Part shown: positions 40,537-49,276 of the stretch, piece by piece
Layout of the letters: each line of letters opens with the position of its first letter
Position numbering within the stretch: position 1 is the stretch's first letter
Source of the DNA: an uncultured Chthonomonadaceae bacterium
Lineage (GTDB): Bacteria > Armatimonadota > Chthonomonadetes > Chthonomonadales > Chthonomonadaceae
Assembly (NCBI GenBank): GCA_963835065.1
Contig: CAWIEK010000063.1
Location: 1 to 64,000, forward strand
Length of the DNA stretch: 64,000 nucleotides
Direction of reading: 5' to 3'
Translations under genes and position numbers: made by a program
The notes under the pieces: model-generated
The model's input: the letters and a program-made list of their open reading frames with translations, nothing else
Databases searched by the model: none
What the model was told of the DNA's origin: nothing

Positions 40537-42741
40537 TTATCCTTTTGCCTCATACAGATAGTTGAAGCGTCCATTGGGAGCCGCATCGCCGCTGAGGGTG
40601 AATTCCATGATGTCGCCGTCGCGCTGTATGTTGTCCGCCCACTTGAACTGCAGGCGTAGCGGCTGTCCGGGGCGCAATCCCAGGTCGGCGCGACGGATCG
40701 CTATTTCCATTTCGTTGCCCCGGACGTGGTAGCGGACTTTTGCCTTTGGCTTCCAGTTCCAGCCGCCCGTACTCGTTTCCAGCACACTTGTTGTGTCGTT
40801 TTCGATGTGGCGGTTCACCATAAAGTTGTAACCTGCCCATCCGGCGCGCGAATCGCCTTTGGTGTTGAGAAACAGCAACATCCAATGCGGATCGGTATGT
40901 GGCGTGATGGGCGCGTGGGTACGGGCGTAGAAGTACACGTACTCTGTATCGCGCGCTACTTTGAGCGCCACGAAGTCGTTGCGGCCTGTCGTGTTGGTGT
41001 ACTGCGCCACATGGTTCCAGCCGGCATGGTTTCGCCAGCCGGTGTCGCCAATGTCATCGCGATATTCGGGCTGCACATTCTTCCAGGCGGCGAAATCGCC
41101 GTTGAAGGGAATGGTCTGCATCGGACTTGCGGCAGGCGGCTTGCGGACGCCCTTGTAGCGGCGAATGAAAGCAGCCATCTGGTAGTAATAGGCATCGCCG
41201 TGCCCGCCGCGCATGGGTTCAATGTCGCGGCTGCGCTCCTGATTAAATTCGTCCACGAACAGCACGGGCGCTTTCACGCCCGCGAACTCATCGAAGCGCC
41301 CCGCAATCCATTCGTTCCAGCCCGTGATAAAGAGAAACTGCGGGTTTTCCTTCAGGGCATACTCGAACTGCTCGGCAAAATTCAATCCCTGACTCACGGT
41401 GTTGGGGCGGGTGTCATTCGCGCCTCCGTGCCAGTTGCGGCCACGCGCCCCAGCTTCGCTCAACGAGCCGATACGCTTGCCCACCGCGTTCTGGGCTACT
41501 CCTACCGACATCTGTTCCTTTGCCCCCTGCGCATTGCGAAAAACGTGTTGTGGATACACTTCCAGCCAACTCCATTGACTGGGCGCGGTCGGCCCCTCAA
41601 AGTAGGAGGGCTGCGGCTTGCGGAACGTGAAGAAATCCTGTAGCCGCGTTCCCTTGTCACCCAGCACACCGATGCGCAGCGTCCGGTCTCCCTCGGACGC
41701 CACGCCGTTTACAAACGCCTGACCGGACGCATACACATCCTTGCTGTTGCTCCACCAACCGATTGTGTTCGCCCCCTCGGACATTTCCAGATAGTAGACT
41801 CCCGGCGGCAGGGGTTTGGCAAAGCGCAGGGACAGCCAGGCGTTGTCGGATACGTCGGTAAAGCGCTGCCGGGCAAGCAGCTTTCCTCCCACGCCGTTTT
41901 GATACAGGGTCAGCGTCATGGCGGCATGGGGCATTGCCCAGGTAGGAAAGCGTCCACCGACGGCATCAAAGGGTTTGGCAGTAGTGAAGGATTGACCGAG
42001 CGTTTGATAGGGCAGCAGACGCGCGGGCGTGTCCTGGAGTGTATTCCCTTCGCCCTCTTCCAGCAGTTCCGGGTCGGCCAGCAGAAGCGGCTTGCCCTGC
42101 CAGCGGAACCACAGCTCGGAATGGAGGCCGGGCACATACAGGTCGTGGAACAGTTCCCGCGCTACCTTGCCGGGATCGCCGAAGGGACACAGAAACGCGA
42201 CCTGCGGCGTCTTGCCTCCATGTTTACGAACCTGCGCGAACACGTCGAGGAGCGTCTTGTAGTAGGAAGGATAGGTAATCTGGTTGGTAACATCGAAGAT
42301 AATCACGTCCACGCCCGCATCCGACAGCATTTGCGCATGCTTGCGCAACACCCAGACGTCGTCCGTCTGGTAGTAGCCGAACAGCGGCTCACCCCAATGG
42401 TGGGGCGCAAGGGGTGGCCCCCACAGCGGATCATCGCCGTGCTGCATGGCGTCGGGGTGTTGGGCCAGGATACGGGAATTGTCGTACGGTCCGCCGTTGA
42501 TGTACGCCCCAAGCCACAAAAAGTAAAACATTCCAACATAACGATCTTTGCGGAGCGGGCCAGCCTGCGCATACAGTGGCAGCGACCGTCCGAGCGCATC
42601 CGTTGCCGTCCAGGTATCGGCAAACGTGTCCCATGCAGGCGAGTAGGCAGGCGTGGGCGAAGCGGCAGGAACCGTTTGCGCCCATCCGACACGCGGCACA
42701 CACAGCAGAAACAGGAGCAGCCATAATCTTGAAGACATCAT
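40537..42741 (-). CDS. secreted putative glycoside hydrolase (GH99-like TIM barrel)
   Basis: signal peptide; VGMFYFLW, HHWGEPLFGYY, HAQMLSDAGVD..FD.TN, ITGWNEW, SRDIEP. Confidence 0.65.
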   Translation of the reverse strand: MMSSRLWLLLFLLCVPRVGWAQTVPAASPTPAYSPAWDTFADTWTATDALGRSLPLYAQAGPLRKDRYVGMFYFLWLGAYINGGPYDNSRILAQHPDAMQHGDDPLWGPPLAPHHWGEPLFGYYQTDDVWVLRKHAQMLSDAGVDVIIFDVTNQITYPSYYKTLLDVFAQVRKHGGKTPQVAFLCPFGDPGKVARELFHDLYVPGLHSELWFRWQGKPLLLADPELLEEGEGNTLQDTPARLLPYQTLGQSFTTAKPFDAVGGRFPTWAMPHAAMTLTLYQNGVGGKLLARQRFTDVSDNAWLSLRFAKPLPPGVYYLEMSEGANTIGWWSNSKDVYASGQAFVNGVASEGDRTLRIGVLGDKGTRLQDFFTFRKPQPSYFEGPTAPSQWSWLEVYPQHVFRNAQGAKEQMSVGVAQNAVGKRIGSLSEAGARGRNWHGGANDTRPNTVSQGLNFAEQFEYALKENPQFLFITGWNEWIAGRFDEFAGVKAPVLFVDEFNQERSRDIEPMRGGHGDAYYYQMAAFIRRYKGVRKPPAASPMQTIPFNGDFAAWKNVQPEYRDDIGDTGWRNHAGWNHVAQYTNTTGRNDFVALKVARDTEYVYFYARTHAPITPHTDPHWMLLFLNTKGDSRAGWAGYNFMVNRHIENDTTSVLETSTGGWNWKPKAKVRYHVRGNEMEIAIRRADLGLRPGQPLRLQFKWADNIQRDGDIMEFTLSGDAAPNGRFNYLYEAKG

Positions 42742-42907
42742 GAGAGAAAATTCGACTTCGCGCCCCGACTTTCCTGTTGTGCGCCGCCAAATCTATTCCA
42801 AAGGAGGGACAGACAGGAAAATCCCTGGTTCTGGCGAATAGTACCCTGAATCAGGGGCATGAAAGCATTGGTGACAGAAACTTACGATTGCAAGGAGGTT
42901 TCCTCAG

Positions 42908-44281
42908 ATGATTGACAGGCGCGCGTTCTTGAAGCAGGCAAGCGCAAAGCCGTTGCTGCTTGCGCTGGGAATGACCACTCTGACGGATGCTCAGGCGAAC
43001 GCCAACGAGATGCCGCGCGTGGAGATTGTTGGAGATTGGCAGGTACAGGTTTCTCCCGGAACCATAACGCGCGGCAAGTCTCGCAGATGCCTTTCTCATA
43101 CGGTTCCCTTGACGATCTCACCGGCTACGCTCCTCAAGGTACTGGATGAGAAATATGACAGCCTCCCACTCTTCGACGCGAACGCTGCGCCGTGGGCCAG
43201 AGGCGCGAAGATGCGGCAGTTGACGACGTTTGAAACAACCGCCCCGGATTGTCTCGTTGCCGGAAGTCTGGTCTTGAAGTCCGCGCCAGGCATGGCAACG
43301 CCGTATGAGCAGAACAAAGATTATGATGTTGAGCCACGCTGGGCCACGTTGGGACGGGTGGCGGGCGGCATTGCGGAGGGCCAGCCCGTCTGGGCCGATT
43401 ATGCGTGTGGTTGGGGGCGCATAGATACGATTGCGGTCAGCCGAGAGGGGAAAGTCCGACTGATTCAGGGAACGCCGCACAACGCCACGCCTCATCCACC
43501 CGACCTGAACAAAAGCGAGTGGCCGCTGGCGAACCTCTGGATTGCGCCTCTTCTGTCGAAATTGACCGCAGAGTACCTCTACACGGTTGTGGAACCGACC
43601 TACCCCGAACCGAAGCGGCGACGAACGCCACCTGCCGCTGTGCTGCTGCCCAAAACCTGGGAGAAACTGCGTTCCGGCCAGCCGGTGCATATTCTCGCTT
43701 GGGGCGATAGCGTGACTGCGGGAGGACAGGCCAGCGACTCGGCGCACCAGTATCAGAGCCGGTTTGTCACCTTGTTGAAGACACTGTTTCCGAACGCTTC
43801 GATCCGGCTGACGACAGCAGGCTGGGGCGGACGCAACAGCGACAGCTTTCTCAAAGAGCCACCGGGTGCGGAGTTCAACTTCGACCGGGCGGTTCTCGAA
43901 CCGCACCCCGACCTGATCGTGATGGAGTTCGTCAATGACGCTTATATGTCGCCGTCCATTGTGGAGGAGAAGTATGTTTCGCTGCAAGCACAATTTACAC
44001 AGGCGGGAGCGGAGTGGGTGATCCTAACCCCGCATTTCGCACGCCCGGACTGGATGGGCGCGAACTCTGCGCGCGTGGAAGCCGACCCTCGCCCCTATGT
44101 TACCGGCCTACGGCAGTTTGCGGCGAAACACAGGGTCGCCCTGGCAGACGCCTCCCTGCGGTGGGGCCATCTGCTCAAAGAAGGCGTTCCTTACACAACC
44201 CTCCTCAGCAACAGCATCAACCACCCGGATGATCGAGGGCATGAACTTTTCGCGCAGGCGTTAATGGAGTTATTTCGATGA
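42908..44281 (+). CDS. SGNH/GDSL hydrolase, Tat-exported
   Basis: DRRAFL; WGDSVT; EFVND; INHPDDRGH. Confidence 0.85.
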   Translation: MIDRRAFLKQASAKPLLLALGMTTLTDAQANANEMPRVEIVGDWQVQVSPGTITRGKSRRCLSHTVPLTISPATLLKVLDEKYDSLPLFDANAAPWARGAKMRQLTTFETTAPDCLVAGSLVLKSAPGMATPYEQNKDYDVEPRWATLGRVAGGIAEGQPVWADYACGWGRIDTIAVSREGKVRLIQGTPHNATPHPPDLNKSEWPLANLWIAPLLSKLTAEYLYTVVEPTYPEPKRRRTPPAAVLLPKTWEKLRSGQPVHILAWGDSVTAGGQASDSAHQYQSRFVTLLKTLFPNASIRLTTAGWGGRNSDSFLKEPPGAEFNFDRAVLEPHPDLIVMEFVNDAYMSPSIVEEKYVSLQAQFTQAGAEWVILTPHFARPDWMGANSARVEADPRPYVTGLRQFAAKHRVALADASLRWGHLLKEGVPYTTLLSNSINHPDDRGHELFAQALMELFR

Positions 44282-44710
44282 ATAGAGCATCCCTCTTTGG
44301 CAATATGTTTGGCACACTGATGGCTCGGCGTGAGCGCGTCCACCCTGGAGTTCGTTGTAGCCTTCGCGCCCACCCGCTTTGCCCACCCTTTGCCTTCCGC
44401 TGTCCAGACTCAGTTCGCCTCCACCGCGATGTGGAAACGTTTCTGGAACAATGGGGCAGCCATTGATCTGTCGCAAAGCCAGGACCCGCGCTGGCGCGAA
44501 TTGGAGCGGCGGATCGTCCTTTCTCAGTATCTACCCGTATCCAATGCGCAGGCTCACTGCCGCCGCAGGAAACCGGGCTGACCTGTAACAGTTGGTTCGG
44601 TAAGTTTCACCTGGAGATGCACTGGTGGCATGCCGCGCATTTCGCGCTCTGGGGCCGCTAAGAACTTCTGGAGCGAAGCCTGCCCTTCTACCAGCGTATC
44701 CTGCCCGGTG
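44278..44710 (+). pseudogene. fragment of a probable (alpha/alpha)6-type glycosidase
   Basis: DPRWRELERRIVLSQYL, then shifted frame PPQETGLTCNSWFGKFHLEMHWWHAAHFALWGR. Confidence 0.6.
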
Positions 44711-44830
44711 ACTCCGGCCAGTTGCGTACGCTGCCACGACAAAGAAAACAGCGAAGATTTCCACTATGAGACGTTTTGGCCCAAAATCGCCCATTGAACG
44801 ATGCTTGCGGGACCGTCAATGGCAAACCTG

Positions 44831-44914
44831 ATGATGAGCCTACGCGAACGGGTCAAAGCCAGGATTGCGCAGGCACACAAAGAGGGGAAGCCGCATGGAC
44901 GCCCACTCACATAA
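44831..44914 (+). pseudogene. serine resolvase helix-E remnant
   Basis: LRERVKARIAQAHKEGKPHGRP resembles the ER...G...A...G...GRP motif. Confidence 0.6.
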
Positions 44915-45225
44915 GCTCTCACCAGAAAAGCCACATATGTGAGTGGCATGCTGATTCAGCGATGACTAACAATGTGGATATTATGAGTATCAGTTTAATT
45001 TTTCAAGCGTTGTGAAGCTCTCCGGCTTGCGGAAGAAACAACGAATTCTCCACCTCAAGTTCGAGGTCAGGTGGCTTGGAAACGGCAAAAGGAGAGTAAG
45101 GGAGGTATAATCAGATTAGGGACGGCAGTGGCGAAGGCCGCATGTCTTTGGATCAGCAGGTCACGGTACGCAAAAACGAAATTTTGGTGGTATCATCAGA
45201 TTAGGAGCCATTACTACAACAATGG

Positions 45226-45274
45226 GCTGACTCTTAATCAGCCGGTTCCGGGTTCGATTCCCGGGCAACCCATT
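45226..45274 (+). repeat. att duplication of tRNA-Lys 3' part
   Basis: identical to 27166-27214. Confidence 0.95.
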
Positions 45275-45378
45275 CTCCCCTTCACTTAGCGGTAAGAGTC
45301 ACCTGCTCTTACCCTCAATCAGAGCCGCGTCTCTACCCGTCTACGTCGCCACCAATAAGCACCACGAAAGGGCTTACT

Positions 45379-46226
45379 ATGCGACTGGACACGATCATCA
45401 AAGACTACCTGCAAGCGCTGCGCGTCGAACAGGGCGCGGCACTCACCACCCACCGGGGCTATCAGTCCCACCTTCACCACTTCCACGACTGGCTGACGGC
45501 AAACGGGTATGCCGAGCCGAGCCTTGCCGAATTCACGGTTCCCGTTTTGCGCCGCTTCCTGTACTACCTGAGCGGCAAGAGCCTGCGTCCGCGTACCATT
45601 CGCAGCTACTTTCAGCCGTTGAAGGGCATAGGCGAGTTTCTCATCAGCAACGGATTGGCAACCGAGAACGCGGCAAAGGGCGTCAACCTGCCCAAGAAAG
45701 ACGCCGCGATCCGCAAAACGGTTTCAGATGAAGAAATCCGCCTGCTGCTGGACGCCTGCACCCGCGAACGCAACGCCCGCAAAGCCGCCCTCAATTCCGC
45801 CGTGCTGCATGTGCTGGTCTACGGGGCGCTTCGGCGTTCGGAACTGTGCGATCTGCATGTAGACGACGTGGCGCTTCCCGCCCCGAAGGACAAAAAGAGT
45901 AAGGGCAGCGTTCTGGTACGTTGTGGAAAGGGCAGCAAGTCAAGGAAAATCTACCTCCCTGATGTGGCGGTAACAGCCTTGAAGGAATGGCTTGCCGTGC
46001 GTCCGAAGGGATGCCGACACGACTTTCTGTTCACCTTCGACGTTCGCCGCCGCTTGTGGCATACAAGCCTGCACACGCTTTTCGAGGATTTGAAAGCCGT
46101 TGCGGGGCTTGCGGGGCATGACAACGTGCAGCCGCATAGCATACGCCACTGGCGGGCCAGCCGACCTGCTACGGAGTGGCGCGAACATTCGGGACGTGCA
46201 GGCGTTCTTAGTATTCGTGTTTTAAA
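45379..46226 (+). pseudogene. XerC/D-like tyrosine integrase, C-terminally truncated
   Basis: LVYGALRRSEL, GKGSKSR, PHSIRH; shifted frame gives DLLRSGANIRDVQAFL and then breaks off before GH and the catalytic Tyr. Confidence 0.85.
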
Positions 46227-46329
46227 CGTCAATTTCCTTTGTACTTGGAGACCGAATTTTACAAAAGTTAAAGAGGCTATTCAATGTACTTGAACAGCCT
46301 CCTTATACTTCCTCAAAGCGCGTTGTTAT

Positions 46330-47436
46330 CTAGGACATGAGTTCGCGCATACGGCGGTTGCGGCCCCGCTTGCGCAGCTTGCCCAACGCCGAGGACTCGA
46401 TCTGGCGGACGCGCTCACGGGTCACTTCGAGGGCGCGGCCCACTTCTTCCAGTGTGCGCGGCTCGTCGCCATCCAAACCGTAGCGCAGCATGATGACGTC
46501 CTTTTCGCGCGGCGTCAGTTCGTCCAGCGCAATCATCAGTTCGTCGCGCAGGGCGCTCTTGGTGGCTTCCACAACCGGGTTATGCTCATCTTTGGCCGGA
46601 ATCAGGTCGGCCAGGCGGCTTTCGCCCTCCTCGCCAATCGGCATTTCAAGCGACAGCGGCTCAATCGCGCCTCGCATCAGGTCGCTGAGTTTTTCCTCCG
46701 TCATGGAAAGCGCCGTTGCCAGTTCCGAGCGCGTGGGCATTCGTCCCAACCGTTCGCGCAGCGTACTGCGCGTTTTGTTGATGCGCCCCAGCGTGTCCGT
46801 GACATGCACGGGCAGGCGAATCAAGCGGGCCTGATCCGCAATCGCGCGGCTGATAGAACGGCGAATCCACCAGATGGCATACGTGCTGAACCGATAGCCC
46901 TTGCGGTAGTTGAATCGCTCCACCGCCCGCATCAGGCCAATCGTGCCTTCCTGCATCAGGTCTTCAATGGGCATGCCGTGTCCCAGGTAGCGCCGGGCTA
47001 CAGACGCCACGAGGCGCAGGTTCGCCAGAATCAGCGTTTCTTTGGCGCGTTGTTCGTCCAGGTCGTTGTGGCGGGCGCGGGCGGTTTCAATGCCGCTTGC
47101 CAGCGCGATTTCCTGCTCGTGCGTGAGCAGCGAAACCTTGCCCGCCCGCCGCAGCCAGGCCTGGGTGCTTTCTTCCAGTTCGATGGCGGGTTCCAGCTCT
47201 TCCGCCGTCGGTTCCACATCGTCGGGAGCGACAGACCGTTCGGAACCCAGTCTCATTTCGGCAGCCTCCAGGCTGCCCATTTTTCTAATCAGCGTTTCCA
47301 TTGCTTCAGGATCGTTCAGGTCTTGGGTTCGATTCCGCGTTTCCGGCGAACCAATTATGTCATTGTCCGCTAAGAATCCTTGCCTCCGGCCTCGATCCCG
47401 CGGACGCGCTTGCGTCTCTTTTACTTGTGCGGGCAT
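46330..47436 (-). CDS. RpoD/SigA-family sigma70 factor (regions 1.2-4, no canonical region 1.1)
   Basis: ANLRLVASVARRY, DLMQEGTIGL, RFSTYAIWWIR, IRLPVH, TLEEVG...VTRERVRQIE; RBS before ATG 47436 (ORF extends to 47478). Confidence 0.92.
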   Translation of the reverse strand: MPAQVKETQARPRDRGRRQGFLADNDIIGSPETRNRTQDLNDPEAMETLIRKMGSLEAAEMRLGSERSVAPDDVEPTAEELEPAIELEESTQAWLRRAGKVSLLTHEQEIALASGIETARARHNDLDEQRAKETLILANLRLVASVARRYLGHGMPIEDLMQEGTIGLMRAVERFNYRKGYRFSTYAIWWIRRSISRAIADQARLIRLPVHVTDTLGRINKTRSTLRERLGRMPTRSELATALSMTEEKLSDLMRGAIEPLSLEMPIGEEGESRLADLIPAKDEHNPVVEATKSALRDELMIALDELTPREKDVIMLRYGLDGDEPRTLEEVGRALEVTRERVRQIESSALGKLRKRGRNRRMRELMS

Positions 47437-47599
47437 CGCGCCCTCCCTTCTGTCATACACTGCTTTCATAAACTTCAATCATGCTAAACTTCAAACATTC
47501 CGAACATGCGCTTCCATTTTCGCGCCATTCGATCTTAATGGGCCGTTGCGGCAGCCGCTTGCCGCCACGCGATTCGGCTTAAATTCAATTGGGCAGAGG

Positions 47600-47634
47600 A
47601 AAAACTGCGCCCTGTCTCAAGATTGACAGGGCGC
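47600..47634 (-). terminator. intrinsic terminator-like hairpin upstream of the sigma gene
   Basis: on minus strand GCGCCCTGTC-8nt-GACAGGGCGC followed by AGTTTTT. Confidence 0.55.
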
Positions 47635-48212
47635 GGAACGAAAAGGTTTCAGGGGGTACTTGCCGGATGGTCGTGTCCGTGTTAAGCCGTGTTCCTGCTC
47701 CTTGTTCCGCGATTTCGATTGTTCTGGAGGGGGCGCAAACCCCACAATGCAAGGCTGTGTGTTTTGTTTACGCGCCGCAGGCGACAATGTTTGCACTGTC
47801 CGCCCTGCTGCGCGGTATTTTGAACCGCACCGTTTTCACAATGGTATACACAGTCGCGCATTGCCGTCTCCGTGATTCTTGTGCCCGTGTCTTCAGTCCG
47901 CCGGTTCCGTTTGCGTGGTTCCGGCCTGTTGTTTCCGCGTCGGCGCTTTGCCTGCGGGAAGCAGAGAGTACCTACTTCGCAGTCCATGCCTGCGATTCCT
48001 GCAAGGCTGGAAATTTGTTGGATTCTTTTTTCATCCAACTACAGATTGTTGCCACATCCGCTGTGTTTTCTCTATCGTTTTTCAGCCTGCCCGCTGATAA
48101 ACACAACGATAAACACCGGGAGAAACACGCTTTTGCCGCTTCCATTGCAGGAATACGGCAAATCGTTCAGGATGCTGCACAAGGCCAACTCGAAACTTTC
48201 CTGTTGAAGTTT

Positions 48213-48998
48213 TCAGGGCTGATGCAGCGCGAACCAATCATCGGCGGGATTTTGTCCCGTGTAAAAGCCGCCGGGACGAAACCATTTTACGTGTCCGTCC
48301 AGCAGGCCAACCACGACGCCGGACGTATGCCGCGCTTCCGGGCGGCCCCAATAATCGGCATCCGGCTGCGAGGGCGGCAGCATGTACGCGCTGAGGTGGT
48401 TGGCAGGCTGCTTGCCGTTTAGGCCTGTGTTATCGCCCATCAGAACCAGATGCGCGGGCTGCGCGGCTTCCGCCAAACTCACGCCGGGCGCATTGTTGAT
48501 CGTGTAGATGTTATTCACATCTATGGGCTTGCCCGCATCTATGCCGTTGCGGTTCAGGTAATAGGCGTTCCAGCCGTAATGACAAACCGGCTTGCCGTAA
48601 ATGTCCTTGATGGGAGCCGCCGCGCTCGGACAAATCCATACCTGCTTGTTCTTCACATACGGATCAACCAGGTCGTGCCAGTTCAGAAAGCCCGTCGGGG
48701 TTGCGGTTGCGGCCAGTGGCAGCGCCTCGTCCACATCCTGCGCGTACATCTGCACCGCCAATCCCATCTGCCGCATATTCGATAAACAGCTTGTCTGCCG
48801 CGCCTTTTCCCGCGCCTGCGCAAAGACCGGAAACAATATCGCCGCCAAAATGGAGATGATAGCGATAACGACGAGCAATTCGATCAAGGTAAAGGCGGTA
48901 TTCAGGTATTGGGCATTGCGTGTGCTTTTCCCTTTTCCCTTTTCCCTTTTTCCTGTACCCAGAATGTTTATTCTAACATACTTTCGGTAGTTTGTCAT
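48213..48998 (-). CDS. DUF1559-type prepilin N-terminal cleavage/methylation protein
   Basis: [64 protein letters not shown]. Confidence 0.9.
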   Translation of the reverse strand: MTNYRKYVRINILGTGKREKGKGKSTRNAQYLNTAFTLIELLVVIAIISILAAILFPVFAQAREKARQTSCLSNMRQMGLAVQMYAQDVDEALPLAATATPTGFLNWHDLVDPYVKNKQVWICPSAAAPIKDIYGKPVCHYGWNAYYLNRNGIDAGKPIDVNNIYTINNAPGVSLAEAAQPAHLVLMGDNTGLNGKQPANHLSAYMLPPSQPDADYWGRPEARHTSGVVVGLLDGHVKWFRPGGFYTGQNPADDWFALHQP

Positions 48999-49150
48999 GC
49001 GCGGTGCAGAGAAATTTTCAGTTCCGCCCTTTCCGTTCGCAATGTTTGCTATGGGACATCCATACCCTTGCTCTTCAAGACGCCAACATTCTCCCTATAT
49101 TCCGTCTTCCTCTCTATTATACGCGCTCCAGCCCCTTATCTGCGCCCAAT

Positions 49151-49265
49151 TTAGGTTTTTAGGGTTTTAGGTTTTTAGGTTTTTAGGGTATTCAGGTGTT
49201 CAGGTATTCGGTGTTCAGGTATTCGGCTTCTGCCTAATATCTAATATCTAATGCCTAATGCCTAA
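49151..49265. repeat. composite 7-8-mer short tandem repeats
   Basis: (GGTTTTTA)n-like, (GGTRTTCA)n and (CTAATRY)n tracts. Confidence 0.75.
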
Positions 49266-49276
49266 CATCTTCCTCC

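Noticed and set aside
45226..45274. Second tRNA-Lys gene
   Set aside because: Lacks the 5' acceptor strand and D-arm; it is an att duplication.
45379..46293. Intact active integrase (304-aa ORF)
   Set aside because: The frame after HSIRH is wrong, and the catalytic His/Tyr segment is absent even after correction.
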